Shown here one piece after another: positions 10,512 to 21,673 of a stretch of DNA of 64,000 nt. Made by a program: the position numbers and the translations under genes. The first letter of the stretch is position 1. Each line of letters starts with the position of its first letter. The notes under the pieces were generated by a model. That model did no database searches and was not told the origin of the DNA. It saw nothing but the letters and a program-made list of their open reading frames with translations. The stretch comes from an uncultured Pelagibacteraceae bacterium (GTDB lineage Bacteria; Pseudomonadota; Alphaproteobacteria; Pelagibacterales; Pelagibacteraceae): positions 7,591-71,590 of the forward strand of contig CACJLM010000001.1 of NCBI GenBank assembly GCA_902594245.1, in the 5' to 3' direction.

Positions 10512-11476
10512 TTGATTTTTTCTAAAAAATTTATTGCATTTAAAAGACTATGAGGATTTGATAAATTTTTTCCTAACATATTTTGATTTGGTCCGTGATC
10601 TGGTGATATTCTGAGAAAAGGTAAACCCAAAGTAATGTTTATTGCATCGTATTCAAATAACGTTTTCATTGGAGCAAGTACTTGATCATGATACATCCCA
10701 ACAATTACATCAAATCTAGATCTATTTTTTTTTAAAAAAATAGTATCTGCAGCATATGGACCAAATATTTTTAAACCATGTTTGTTTAAATTTTTTACTG
10801 CAGGCAAAACTATTTTTTCATCTTCATTAAATTTTTTAATACTTTCACAATGAGGATTTAAACCTGTTACAGCTATTTTAGGTTTAAAACCAAAAAACTT
10901 AGAATAAAAATCATTTATTAGAATAATTTTTTCAGAAATTAATGATTTATTTAATCTTTTAGAAATAGCATTAATGGGCAAGTGTGTTGTTATTGGTGAT
11001 ACAGACAATTTCTTATTAAATATAAGCATCGTAAATTTTTTTTTATTAGTTTTTTTTGCTAGATATTCAGTTACTCCTAAATATTTTTTTCCTAAAAAAT
11101 TTTTTTTAGAAATTGGCCCATTAATTAATCTATTGGTAATTCCTTTCTTGAGAAGAGTTAAAGCTATATTGAAACAATTATCTATATATCTATTTGATTT
11201 ATTTGTAATTTTCTCAAATGCTTTTTTTTGATTAAAATTAATATTTATTAGGTTAATAGATTTATTATCAAGTTTATATTCCTTTATTTTTTTTTCATTT
11301 ATTATTCTTATTTTTTTTTTAAATTTTAACTTTTTCATTTGCAAGTTTAATAAATTAAGAGAAGCTATTAAAATTAGAGGATTTTTTACCTTTTTTGTTT
11401 TATAGATTTTAAATAATATTTCTAGAAAAATACTATTAGGTTCTCCAGCTACTATCAAAATTGGTTTAAAGCTCAT
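10508..11476 (-). CDS. pdxA: 4-hydroxythreonine-4-phosphate dehydrogenase
   Basis: GLNPH, GMYHDQ, ITLGLPFLRISPDHG; surA-pdxA-rsmA order. Confidence 0.93.
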   Translation of the reverse strand: MSFKPILIVAGEPNSIFLEILFKIYKTKKVKNPLILIASLNLLNLQMKKLKFKKKIRIINEKKIKEYKLDNKSINLININFNQKKAFEKITNKSNRYIDNCFNIALTLLKKGITNRLINGPISKKNFLGKKYLGVTEYLAKKTNKKKFTMLIFNKKLSVSPITTHLPINAISKRLNKSLISEKIILINDFYSKFFGFKPKIAVTGLNPHCESIKKFNEDEKIVLPAVKNLNKHGLKIFGPYAADTIFLKKNRSRFDVIVGMYHDQVLAPMKTLFEYDAINITLGLPFLRISPDHGPNQNMLGKNLSNPHSLLNAINFLEKIK

Positions 11477-12395
11477 TAATTTTAAAATCTTTCTTAATTT
11501 TGTTAAAAAATAAATTCGAATATTGATTTAATTGTTCATTAGTTTTTAATTTTATTATTTTTTTTATTTCTTCATCAAGATTGATATTTTTTTCTGTTTC
11601 TCTAGTTTCGCTAATTTTTAAAATAAGAAATCCGCTTGGTATTCTTATTGGTTTTGTATAATCATTTATTTCAGTATTTAAAATCTCATTCAGTATTTCC
11701 TTATTAATTGAATTTTCACTTATCCACCCCAATCTACCTCCTACATCTACCGTTTCAGATATACTGAAAATCAATGCAGAATTTTCAAAACCTTTTTCAT
11801 CTATTGATTGTGTAATTTTCTTAAGTTTTTCATCAAAGTTTTCTTCAATATTTAAATTAAAAACTATTTCAGATAAAAGATATTCTTTTTGAGTATTTTT
11901 TTCTAAGATATTTTTTTTAATTTCATCTAAATTAATTTTAATGCTTTTAAAGTACATATCATATATGATTTGATTCCAAAAAGATTCAATTGCAATTCTT
12001 TTTTTTAACATCGGAATATCAATATCAAATTGTAATAAATAATCTTTTAATTCATTAATATTACTTACGCCTAAATTTGAATAATTCAAAATTAAAATTC
12101 TTTCGAAATCCGAATTGTCTAATTCTACTTTTTTAACCATTTTTTCTATAGTTATTTCTTTGATTTTATTTCTAATCAATGAATTTTTTGAAATTTCAAT
12201 TTTTTTTTCATTCTCAAGATCTTTGAATGTGGGATTTACAGAATTAAGATAATTCATTTCATTTTGAATATCTATAGAAGTTATTATTTTATTATTTACT
12301 TTAAAAAGTATCTTATTTTCAATTGCATTAATTTCATTTAAAAAAAATAATATACCAAGAATTATGATTACTATTTTAGTTTTCATAACTTGCAA
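11466..12395 (-). CDS. surA: SurA-like periplasmic chaperone/PPIase
   Basis: Signal peptide, VNNKIITSID, parvulin-like GGRLGW; lies between lptD and pdxA. Confidence 0.82.
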   Translation of the reverse strand: MQVMKTKIVIIILGILFFLNEINAIENKILFKVNNKIITSIDIQNEMNYLNSVNPTFKDLENEKKIEISKNSLIRNKIKEITIEKMVKKVELDNSDFERILILNYSNLGVSNINELKDYLLQFDIDIPMLKKRIAIESFWNQIIYDMYFKSIKINLDEIKKNILEKNTQKEYLLSEIVFNLNIEENFDEKLKKITQSIDEKGFENSALIFSISETVDVGGRLGWISENSINKEILNEILNTEINDYTKPIRIPSGFLILKISETRETEKNINLDEEIKKIIKLKTNEQLNQYSNLFFNKIKKDFKINEL

Positions 12396-12402
12396 ATCTT
12401 CA

Positions 12403-14838
12403 TTATTGGTCTATTTTTTGTTCAAAGCTTGTAATTGGACTCAACGTAATTGAGAATAGTAGATTTTCTGAAGGTTTTAAATCTCTATCTTCATAATAAG
12501 TTTTATTATATTCTATTCCTGCAACTAAACAGTCATTCTTGTATTCATATATAAAATTATAATATTCTGTTAAATCAATTTTTCTATTTCTCCTAGTATT
12601 AAAAGATAAATAGTTTTGATCATTAAATCTAAAAGTTGTTGTATTTTCCATTGAGTTTGTGTTACCTAAATCACCCTTTTCCTCTAAAAAATTAAATGTG
12701 GTTTTGAAATTTTTGTAGTCAAATGAAGCATTTAATGAATTATACATCAAATTGTTTAAGTCATTATCTAAAATGAAATCATAAGATAATTGAATATTTT
12801 CTAAGTAATTATTTGAAATTTTTCCAAAAAAATTCGAATTTTTATTGTTTATACCACTTGTGCTTGGAATAAACGATTCTTGTTTGTCTCTGTAAACAGT
12901 TGCAATTTTTGCTTCAAAATATCTATTAATGTCAGAAATATTTGTTTTTTTATATTCAATACCTAACGTTAAAGATTTACCTTCTTCAAAAGAGTCATCC
13001 AAGCCCAATCTGTTAGCATCAAAGATACCATCCACATTAATTGATCTGTCACTTGAAGAATAATCCTTCATATCACCTGGATTAAAACGGATCGAAGCTT
13101 TTGGTGTCAAATAATTTGTACTTTTTTCGCTTTGATTAACAAGTGGGAGGCTGCTATTCATCTCAATTAAACTCATTAATTCCATTTGTGGACTTGATTT
13201 GTATTTACTATCATTTTTTGCAACCGTATTTAAATTTTTGAAATATAGATTATATTCACTTTTAAAACCGTTATTTGAGATGTAATCCAAGCTATTATAA
13301 TTTATATCATTAGTAACTACAGTTCTTAAATTATTAGTATCATTTAGTTCATTACTTCCATTTGAGCTAAAATTAATAGAGCCTTTTTCGTAACTAGTTA
13401 ATATTTCTTTTTCAAAATTATAATAAGGTAAAATAAATTGATATCTGTCAGAACTTGGAAGAGTTAAGTTTTCAAATGACTGGAACCCTGTAGTAAAACT
13501 GAAATTGTCATTATTAAGAATTAATTTAGCCTCAGATTCAAGCGAATTATAATCTGTTGGAGTTACATCACTTTTAAATATATTTCCGTCAAAAACTTTT
13601 AAATAAGTATCATTTGAAACTTTTTTAATTGATATAAACAAATCACTATTAGTAAAATTTTCCCAAGCTAAATCTGCTTCAAAATTTGCAAATAAGTGGC
13701 TTATACTGTTTCTTTTAGTAGATAATGATGATTTATATCCATCAGTATGTCCTAAATCTATTATTAAAGATGAATTTTTATTTTTTTGCCTGTACTCATT
13801 TTGAAACATTTTTACATTACTATCAAAAATAGTTGGTCTTAAAGTATAATCTTTATTATCCGAAATTACATGATAGTAGGGTAAAGAAACAGATGAACCA
13901 AGAATTGAAGAATTATTAAGTCTTGGTTTTAACAAACCAGATTGTCTTTTAACAGTTGGATCAGGATGAAAAAATTTTGGGAAGTATAGGACAGGTATAT
14001 TATAAATTTTTAGAATTGCCCCATCATAGATTAATTGTTTCTTATTTTTATCATGAGTAATTTTTTTTGCAGTTATTATCCAGGGTGGACAATTGTCATC
14101 TTTTTTACAACTTGTAAAAACACCTTTTTTAATTTTGGTAATATTATTATCACTTATCGCTGAAACTCCTTTTAAACGTGGATCATTATCTAGATTATTA
14201 AATATATCTTTTCTAAGATTTACTTCTATATTTTTAGCAATATAACTTTTGTCCTTAAGATTAAATATCGCACTTTCAAAATAAACTTTATCATTTAAAG
14301 GCTGATTATAATTTGATGTTACAAGAATATCTTTACCTTTTAATAGTTCGTTATTTATATCAAAATTAAATTTTTTCAGATTATAAAGTGTTTGATTTTC
14401 ATTATCGATGATGCTTGTTTTAGAATTTGAATTTAAGATTTTTTCATTTCTTAAAAAGATAAAATCTTTTGAATTAATGGTAAATCTTGAGTTAATTTCA
14501 CCTATTGTATTTCCTTTTGTATAAATAATTTCTTCTTTTTTATTATAATTAATTTCTTCTGACGAAATTTTATAGTCATTTTTGTTATCAATGATAATTA
14601 CATTTCCATTTGCTACTAAAGAATTTTGTATTTTATCATAAACAAAATTATCTGCGTCAATTATTAAACCATCGTTCGTTGTAATTTTACCTCTTTTTGA
14701 TCCAACTATTTTATTTCCATTTTCTAAAATATTTATTTCAGATATATTAAAATTAAATTGTTCATCTGCTGATACAGAAAAAATCAAAAATAATGATAAT
14801 AAATAAAATGAGACTATAGACAAAAATTTATTTATCAT
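12403..14838 (-). CDS. lptD: LPS assembly protein LptD
   Basis: FTSC...CPPW, RQSGLL, YKNDCL; synteny with lptFG. Confidence 0.9.
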   Translation of the reverse strand: MINKFLSIVSFYLLSLFLIFSVSADEQFNFNISEINILENGNKIVGSKRGKITTNDGLIIDADNFVYDKIQNSLVANGNVIIIDNKNDYKISSEEINYNKKEEIIYTKGNTIGEINSRFTINSKDFIFLRNEKILNSNSKTSIIDNENQTLYNLKKFNFDINNELLKGKDILVTSNYNQPLNDKVYFESAIFNLKDKSYIAKNIEVNLRKDIFNNLDNDPRLKGVSAISDNNITKIKKGVFTSCKKDDNCPPWIITAKKITHDKNKKQLIYDGAILKIYNIPVLYFPKFFHPDPTVKRQSGLLKPRLNNSSILGSSVSLPYYHVISDNKDYTLRPTIFDSNVKMFQNEYRQKNKNSSLIIDLGHTDGYKSSLSTKRNSISHLFANFEADLAWENFTNSDLFISIKKVSNDTYLKVFDGNIFKSDVTPTDYNSLESEAKLILNNDNFSFTTGFQSFENLTLPSSDRYQFILPYYNFEKEILTSYEKGSINFSSNGSNELNDTNNLRTVVTNDINYNSLDYISNNGFKSEYNLYFKNLNTVAKNDSKYKSSPQMELMSLIEMNSSLPLVNQSEKSTNYLTPKASIRFNPGDMKDYSSSDRSINVDGIFDANRLGLDDSFEEGKSLTLGIEYKKTNISDINRYFEAKIATVYRDKQESFIPSTSGINNKNSNFFGKISNNYLENIQLSYDFILDNDLNNLMYNSLNASFDYKNFKTTFNFLEEKGDLGNTNSMENTTTFRFNDQNYLSFNTRRNRKIDLTEYYNFIYEYKNDCLVAGIEYNKTYYEDRDLKPSENLLFSITLSPITSFEQKIDQ

Positions 14839-15901
14839 TGAACTTTCTTATCATTATAGAGTTAATTAAAGCCAGTAATATCAGAGGTATTATTACTGAA
14901 CTAATAAAGTTTATTTTCTCAGTTTCGCCCAGGACTCTAAAAAAATTAAAAAAATAATAAATTATAACTGAAAAAAAAAGACCTATAGATATTTTAACAA
15001 TTGAGCTTTTAAATTGTTTTGTATTCATCATAATAATACTTGAAAAAATGGTCATAAGTACAAGGTACAAAGGAAAAGTAATAATTTTTATAATTTGAAT
15101 ATCTATCTCTACAAGTGAATAATTTAGAGATTTATAATTTTTTCTTAATTCAATTAACTCTAAAAAAGAAAGAGAGGATAAATTTGAAAATAAATTTTGA
15201 ATAACTTTATAACTAAAGTTAGTTTTAAATCTATAATTTTCAATTCTTTTTTTTTCATTGTTTTCATAAATTTCAGCATTATGTATCAACCACTCACTGT
15301 TAGTCACATCAATTTTTGAGCTGACGATATTTTTTACAATTTCAAAATCCTCATTGAATACTGAAATGTAAGAGTTTATTAATTGGTTTTGCTCAATCTT
15401 TACAGCATTAATTATAAGCGTCTCTTTATCAACAATATCTTTAATCCATAAACCATTTTTTGTAATAACAGCAAGATATTTATCATCTTCGGTATAATTA
15501 CTTTTAAGATCCAAATAAAAATTTTTTAGGTTAGATGACAAATTATAAAAAAGTGTGATTATTAATACACCTAATATAAAACTTACCGTACTGGCTATCA
15601 AAAGTATTTTGGAATTTTTAAGTCCAGAATATTTAAATACACTTAACTCATCATTATTAAAAAGAGTTATAAAAAATAATTGAGTAGAAATTAAAAAAAT
15701 AAATGGAAACATTTCAAATATTAATGTCGGTGAATTCAAAAGTGATAGATATATTGGAAAAAAAGAGTTTACATCTGTATCTTTAAAAAAATCTAATTCA
15801 GTTAACAAATTTAAAATGAATATCAAACTTAGTATTATTGCAGAAACATAAAAAAAAGAATTTAGAAAAGTAAGACTTAAAAATTTAATATATGTTCTCA
15901 T
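14828..15901 (-). CDS. lptG: LPS export permease LptG
   Basis: YjgP/YjgQ topology, ELSVFKYSG, GLWIKD. Confidence 0.82.
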   Translation of the reverse strand: MRTYIKFLSLTFLNSFFYVSAIILSLIFILNLLTELDFFKDTDVNSFFPIYLSLLNSPTLIFEMFPFIFLISTQLFFITLFNNDELSVFKYSGLKNSKILLIASTVSFILGVLIITLFYNLSSNLKNFYLDLKSNYTEDDKYLAVITKNGLWIKDIVDKETLIINAVKIEQNQLINSYISVFNEDFEIVKNIVSSKIDVTNSEWLIHNAEIYENNEKKRIENYRFKTNFSYKVIQNLFSNLSSLSFLELIELRKNYKSLNYSLVEIDIQIIKIITFPLYLVLMTIFSSIIMMNTKQFKSSIVKISIGLFFSVIIYYFFNFFRVLGETEKINFISSVIIPLILLALINSIMIRKFNDK

Positions 15902-17045
15902 TCTTCTCCTTGAAAGGATTTAAATTCATAAAAAATATCGTATAAAATAAAAAGATCATCATTATTGGAATAATGAAAATATTTATATTTTCAAATAAAT
16001 CTTTTTCGATAAATCTAAGTGTCATTTCTGAAAAAATTATTGCAGTTATACCTAATAAAAAAACTGAAATTCTGTAATTCAGATAATTTACATTTTCTTT
16101 TGATTTCAAAATCAAAAATAAAATTGTTAACATTAAAACTGGCAAATAAAAGGGTATAATGAATCTTTTATAAAGTTCTTTAATTATATTGCTTAGATTT
16201 TGAATTTGACAGTTTTCTATGATTATATCTTTAGTATTTATATTTAAAAATTTCAAATTATTTAATCGCATTACACACTTGATTAGTTTTGTAGTAGAAA
16301 CTTCTTGAGTTTTAATATAGGTAATAGCATTCGACTCTAAATTTTGTAAGTTAAAATCAGATTTTGAAAATTTAAAGTTAGTTATCTTGTTATTGACAAC
16401 ATTAATTGTTTCTCCTTCATATAGAGTCAAAAATTGAATATTATTTTTTTTTATGAAGTTACCTTTCTTTGCATAAGTAATTTGAAAATTATTTTTATTT
16501 CTTTTTTCCTCTTTTTTCAGATATATATTTTTTAGATTTCCCTCATCATCTTTTTCATCGCTGTATATTGTGATACCTTTAATTGTATCATTAAACTTTT
16601 TTTGTTTTATAAAACTTTCAACAAAATCAACTGAGGAAGTTCTAAGAAAGGATCTAGCTAAATCTTGTGTCTTTGGTACAACAAAACCAGCTAGAATAAT
16701 TTGAGCTAAAACTAATATTATAGAAAACTTAAGTAAAAAATTTATTACTTGAATTTTTTTTACTCCAAAATTCCAAAAAATCATTAATTCATTATTGAGT
16801 TCATATTTAGAGATCACATAAAAAAAACTAAAAAAGAATACAAAAGGCAATACTTTAGTAATAATTTTGGGAAAATTTAGTAATGAATAATTAATATATA
16901 CAAGATAATCTCGACCATCTTCTATCATGATATCTAAGAAATTTACTGCCTGAAATACCCAAATGATTAAACTCGAGCAAAATAGTGTAATGAAAAAAAA
17001 GGTTAAACAATCAAATAATAGTTTTCTAAATAATATTTTTTTCAT
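15885..17045 (-). CDS. lptF: LPS export permease LptF
   Basis: WVFQAVNFLD, NELMIFWNFG; divergent from pepA. Confidence 0.82.
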   Translation of the reverse strand: MKKILFRKLLFDCLTFFFITLFCSSLIIWVFQAVNFLDIMIEDGRDYLVYINYSLLNFPKIITKVLPFVFFFSFFYVISKYELNNELMIFWNFGVKKIQVINFLLKFSIILVLAQIILAGFVVPKTQDLARSFLRTSSVDFVESFIKQKKFNDTIKGITIYSDEKDDEGNLKNIYLKKEEKRNKNNFQITYAKKGNFIKKNNIQFLTLYEGETINVVNNKITNFKFSKSDFNLQNLESNAITYIKTQEVSTTKLIKCVMRLNNLKFLNINTKDIIIENCQIQNLSNIIKELYKRFIIPFYLPVLMLTILFLILKSKENVNYLNYRISVFLLGITAIIFSEMTLRFIEKDLFENINIFIIPIMMIFLFYTIFFMNLNPFKEKNENIY

Positions 17046-17128
17046 TGAAATCTAACAAAATTGCACTTATATATTTTCAACTAATAGTTTACAATTAATA
17101 TACAACCTAAAGTACATATTTATAAAAA

Positions 17129-18601
17129 ATGTCAATAAAAATAAGCATAAAAAAGAGCTTTAGTCCTAAACTTGTCAAAAATTATGTTCTTTTTTGTGAC
17201 GAAAATTTCAAAATTAATGGTCTAAACAATCTTCCTCTTAAAAGTCAAGCTACTGACATCAATAAAGCAATTAATACAGATAAATCAGATAAAAAAAATT
17301 TTTTGATATTTAATATTAGCTCAATTCAAAAAATAATTTTGATAAAAATTAAAAAAAAATACTCCTCTGTAGATAATGAGAAAATTGGGGGAAGATTTTT
17401 TAATTTTATTAAAAATAATACAATTTTTGATTTAACCTTTTATAATAACAATATTGAGGCAACATCACCAAAAAATATTAATTTTTTGGATGAATTTTTA
17501 CATGGAGCTCAACTTAAATCATATATTTTTAAAAAATATAAATCAAAAAAAGACAAAGAAATTTTTTATTTTAATATTTCTAGTGATAATAAATCTATAA
17601 ATTATAATAAGACCAAAAGATTTAATTCTTTAATTGAAGGAACTAATTTAACTAAAGATTTAGTATCAGAACCAGGAAATATTTTACATCCTGATGAATA
17701 TGCAAAAAGATTAAAACAATTAAAAAAATTTGGTTTAAAAGTCGTTATTTATGATGAAAAAAAACTCAAGAAATTAGGAATGAATGCTTTGTTGGGAGTG
17801 GGTCAGGGAAGTATCAGAGGGTCATATCTAGTTACACTACAATGGAATGGCTTGAATGCAAAAAATAAACCTTTGGCTTTTGTAGGAAAAGGTGTTTGTT
17901 TTGATACGGGAGGTATTTCTCTTAAACCTGCAAAATTCATGGAGGATATGACATATGATATGGCTGGTTCAGCAGTTGTTGTAGGTTTGATGAAAAATTT
18001 AGCTTTAAGAAAAGCAAAAATTAATGCAGTAGGTGTTGTTGGACTTGTCGAAAACATGCCTGGAGGGAATGCTCAAAGACCTGGTGATATAGTAAAGTCT
18101 TATAGTGGAAAAACTATTGAAGTTTTAAATACCGATGCAGAAGGAAGATTAGTTTTAGCTGATGCTTTATCATTTACAGAAAAAAAATTTAAACCTCGTA
18201 TGATTGTTGATTTAGCTACTTTGACTGGAGCAATCATTGTTTCATTAGGATCGGAATATGCTGGTCTTTTTTCAAACAATGATAATTTATCTGAACAAAT
18301 ATATGAGTCTGGTTTAAAAGTTGATGAAAAAGTTTGGAGAATGCCACTTCATAAAAATTATGACAAACTTATGGATTCAAAAAATGCTGATATGCAGAAC
18401 ATAAATTATATAGGCGGTGCAGGATCAACAACAGCTGCTCAATTTTTACAAAGATTCATTTTAAACAAAACTCCATGGGCTCATCTGGACATAGCTGGGA
18501 TGGCTTTTTCTAAATATGGTGGAGCATTGAATTCTTGGGGTGCAACAGGTTTTGGAGTGAGATTATTAAACAAATTAATAGAGGATTATTATGAGCAATA
18601 G
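17129..18601 (+). CDS. pepA: Leucyl aminopeptidase (M17)
   Basis: GKGVCFDTGG, NTDAEGRL, HLDIAG. Confidence 0.96.
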   Translation: MSIKISIKKSFSPKLVKNYVLFCDENFKINGLNNLPLKSQATDINKAINTDKSDKKNFLIFNISSIQKIILIKIKKKYSSVDNEKIGGRFFNFIKNNTIFDLTFYNNNIEATSPKNINFLDEFLHGAQLKSYIFKKYKSKKDKEIFYFNISSDNKSINYNKTKRFNSLIEGTNLTKDLVSEPGNILHPDEYAKRLKQLKKFGLKVVIYDEKKLKKLGMNALLGVGQGSIRGSYLVTLQWNGLNAKNKPLAFVGKGVCFDTGGISLKPAKFMEDMTYDMAGSAVVVGLMKNLALRKAKINAVGVVGLVENMPGGNAQRPGDIVKSYSGKTIEVLNTDAEGRLVLADALSFTEKKFKPRMIVDLATLTGAIIVSLGSEYAGLFSNNDNLSEQIYESGLKVDEKVWRMPLHKNYDKLMDSKNADMQNINYIGGAGSTTAAQFLQRFILNKTPWAHLDIAGMAFSKYGGALNSWGATGFGVRLLNKLIEDYYEQ

Positions 18602-19001
18602 AGAACAAACCTTGTCTATTATAAAACCAGATGCGGTAGAGAGAAATTTAGATAATGAGATAAAAGAAATCTTTAAAAGCAATGGTTTTAAAATTATTAA
18701 TGAAAAAAAAATTAAAATTGAAAAATCAGAAGCTGAACAATTTTATAAAGTACATGAAACAAAGCCTTTCTATAATGATTTGTGTGCTTATTTATCATCT
18801 GGTCCAATTGTAGTCATGATACTGGAAAAAGAAAATAGTGTTATAGCTAATCGAGAACTTATGGGAGCAACGAACCCAAAGGATGCAGCAGAAGGAACAA
18901 TAAGAAAGAAATATGGTATTTCAATTGATAAAAATTCTGTTCATGGTTCAGATAGTATTGAAAATGCAAAAATTGAAATTGATTTTTTCTTTAAAGATTA
19001 G
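18591..19001 (+). CDS. ndk: Nucleoside diphosphate kinase
   Basis: IIKPDAV, GATNP, NSVHGSDS. Confidence 0.97.
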   Translation: MSNREQTLSIIKPDAVERNLDNEIKEIFKSNGFKIINEKKIKIEKSEAEQFYKVHETKPFYNDLCAYLSSGPIVVMILEKENSVIANRELMGATNPKDAAEGTIRKKYGISIDKNSVHGSDSIENAKIEIDFFFKD

Positions 19002-19575
19002 TTAGTAATTTTCGAATAGCTTTTGGATATAGCAAATGTTCTTGCTTGAGAATTCTTTTTTGAAGGTCTTTGGCAGTGTCTTTTTTGAATATTTTTACTT
19101 TTTTTTGCAAAATTATTTTTCCAGAGTCTAGCCTTGAATTCACTAGATGGACAGTACAACCAGAATATTTTTCATTATTTTCAATTGCTCTTTTATGTGT
19201 ATTTAAGCCTTTATATTTTGGTAATAAAGAAGGGTGAATATTTAAAATTTTACCTTTAAAGTTATTAATAAATTTTTTTGATAAAATTTTCATAAAGCCT
19301 GCAAGACAAATTAATTTAATTCTTTCATCATTTAAGATTTTAAGAATTTTTGTTTCGGCACTTTTTTTTTTTGAAAAATTGAAAATTTTTTTTTTGATAT
19401 TATTTTTTTTTGAAAATTTTAAACCTCTTGCTTTTTTATTATCTGTAATAATTATTTTTATCAAGATAGGGGATTTTTGTGAGAATGAAAATCTAATTAA
19501 ATTTTCTAAATTACTTCCAGTTCCCGAAATAAATATTGCAGTTTTAGTTTTTTTATCACCAATTGATTTTGTCAT
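18991..19575 (-). CDS. purN: Phosphoribosylglycinamide formyltransferase
   Basis: ISGTGSN, LAGFMKIL, NIHPSLLP, GCTVH. ATG at 19575 preferred; an alternative ATG lies at 19599. Confidence 0.95.
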   Translation of the reverse strand: MTKSIGDKKTKTAIFISGTGSNLENLIRFSFSQKSPILIKIIITDNKKARGLKFSKKNNIKKKIFNFSKKKSAETKILKILNDERIKLICLAGFMKILSKKFINNFKGKILNIHPSLLPKYKGLNTHKRAIENNEKYSGCTVHLVNSRLDSGKIILQKKVKIFKKDTAKDLQKRILKQEHLLYPKAIRKLLTNL

Positions 19576-20581
19576 TAAGTTTAACTTTATCGGCACCATT
19601 CATTATTTTTCCTATTACATAAGGCTTATATTTTTTTGAAAAATAACTCATCACCTTGTTTAAATTTTTTGAATCTATGATCAGACAAAAACCAACACCA
19701 CAATTAAAAGTTTTTAACATTTCTTTATCTGAAATATCGTGATTTTTTAGCCATTTAAATATTTTAAGAGTATTAATTTTTTTTAAATCAATAGAGGCAC
19801 AAAGATTGTCTGGAATCACCCTTTTAATGTTTTCTGCGATCCCACCACCAGTTATATTTGCACATCCATTTAAAAGATTTTTATTAATTAAATTTATTAT
19901 TTCGTTAACGTATATTTTAGTTGGTTTGATTAATTCATTTTTTAAAAAAAAATCTTTTTTAATTTGAATATTTTTTCTTTTAATTAAATTTCTCACTAAT
20001 GAAAAACCGTTTGAGTGCAAACCACTAGATGGAACTGCTAAGATAAGGTTATTCTTTTTTATTTTTTTTTTTTTTAAAATTTTTTTTTCATCTACAATTC
20101 CAACAGCAAAACCAGCTATATCAAATTTACCTTTTTCATAAGTGCCTGGCATCTCTGCCGTTTCTCCACCAACTAATTCACAATTAGAAATTTTACATCC
20201 CTTCAATATTCCTTTCATTATTGATTTAAGTTTTTTTAAATCTATTTTATTAATAGAAATATAATCTAAAAAAAATAAGGGTTTTGCACCTTGCACAATT
20301 AAATCATTTACACTCATTGCCACTAAGTCAATTCCAATTGTATCAAATTTATTTATTTCATTCGCAATTTCTATCTTTGTTCCAACTCCATCAGTGCAAG
20401 CAACTAATTTTGGATTTTTGAGATTTTTTGGTATATCTGTAATTGATCCAAAACCACCAATATTTTTAAACTTTTTTTTGCCTTTTTTATTTGATGAATT
20501 ATCTGATATGAATTTTACAAATTTATCAGCAGCTTTAATATCAACACCACTTTTTTTATATGTAAATATATTTTTATTCAT
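19556..20581 (-). CDS. purM: AIR synthetase
   Basis: YKKSGVD, TDGVGTK, GGETAEMPG, SSGLHSNG. Confidence 0.97.
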   Translation of the reverse strand: MNKNIFTYKKSGVDIKAADKFVKFISDNSSNKKGKKKFKNIGGFGSITDIPKNLKNPKLVACTDGVGTKIEIANEINKFDTIGIDLVAMSVNDLIVQGAKPLFFLDYISINKIDLKKLKSIMKGILKGCKISNCELVGGETAEMPGTYEKGKFDIAGFAVGIVDEKKILKKKKIKKNNLILAVPSSGLHSNGFSLVRNLIKRKNIQIKKDFFLKNELIKPTKIYVNEIINLINKNLLNGCANITGGGIAENIKRVIPDNLCASIDLKKINTLKIFKWLKNHDISDKEMLKTFNCGVGFCLIIDSKNLNKVMSYFSKKYKPYVIGKIMNGADKVKLNDKINW

Positions 20582-20592
20582 TACTATAAAGT

Positions 20593-21672
20593 ATGATTAT
20601 TAAAATAAAAAAATTTTATTTAAAATTCTTATATATTTTTTTTATAATCCTATCTCTAAATATATTTTTTTTTTCCACAGAAAAAATAGAAGCAAAATCT
20701 TTTGATATTGAAAATATTGATATATCAAGACCCTTTGAAATAAATTTTAATAAAAATGAAGTCATAGATGAAGGTTTTGAAAAAGCTTTTTTTGAATTGA
20801 TTTCTTTAATTGTCACATCCTTTGATAAAAAAAAAATAAAGAAGATCAAATTAAATGAAATAAAAGGTATGATCGAATCTTTTTCGATAAATGAGGAAAA
20901 GTTTATTGATGAAGTTTATTATGTTAAGTTAGGTGTATCATTCAATAAAAAAAAAATATTTAAATATTTAGAGAAAAAAAATATTTTTCCATCAATACCT
21001 AAAAAAAAAAAATTTTTATTCATTCCAGTTATAATTGATGAAAGTAAAAAAGATTTAATAGTCTTTGAAAATAATAAAGTTTTTGATAACTGGAATCTTA
21101 ATTTGGAAAATAATCATCTCATAGAATATATACTTCCAACTGAAGATTTGGAGGATATCAATAAGATTAAAGAAAATTATGAAAACATAGAACAATATGA
21201 TTTTAAAGAAATAATATCTAAGTATAATCTAGATGACTCAATTATAGCATTAATTTTTAAAAATGAAAAAGAAATGAGAATTTTGTCAAGAATTACTAAT
21301 GGAGAAAATGTTATTTTGAAAAATCAATCTTATGAGGATAAAAGCATTTCTAGCGATTTACAAATTAATGATCTCATTGAAAATTTAAAATTGATGTATG
21401 AAGATTATTGGAAACAAGTTAACCAGATTAATACTTCGATTAAATTTCCTTTAAAAATTAAAGTTGGAAATAAAAAAAAAGATATTATTCTAAATTTTGA
21501 AAAAAATTTAAGAGATATTGATTTGATATATGATTTTTATATTACTAAGTTTGATAAAGATTATACATATTACCAAGTAATTTTTAACGGTTCACCTAAT
21601 ATTTTTTTAAAGATAATGGATGAAAAAAATTATATTTTCGATACGCAGAATAAAATTTGGTCCTTAGAATAG
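20593..21672 (+). CDS. Exported/membrane-anchored conserved protein, DUF2066-like
   Basis: N-terminal TM segment; occupies the usual position between purM and hdaA. Confidence 0.55.
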   Translation: MIIKIKKFYLKFLYIFFIILSLNIFFFSTEKIEAKSFDIENIDISRPFEINFNKNEVIDEGFEKAFFELISLIVTSFDKKKIKKIKLNEIKGMIESFSINEEKFIDEVYYVKLGVSFNKKKIFKYLEKKNIFPSIPKKKKFLFIPVIIDESKKDLIVFENNKVFDNWNLNLENNHLIEYILPTEDLEDINKIKENYENIEQYDFKEIISKYNLDDSIIALIFKNEKEMRILSRITNGENVILKNQSYEDKSISSDLQINDLIENLKLMYEDYWKQVNQINTSIKFPLKIKVGNKKKDIILNFEKNLRDIDLIYDFYITKFDKDYTYYQVIFNGSPNIFLKIMDEKNYIFDTQNKIWSLE

Positions 21673-21673
21673 T

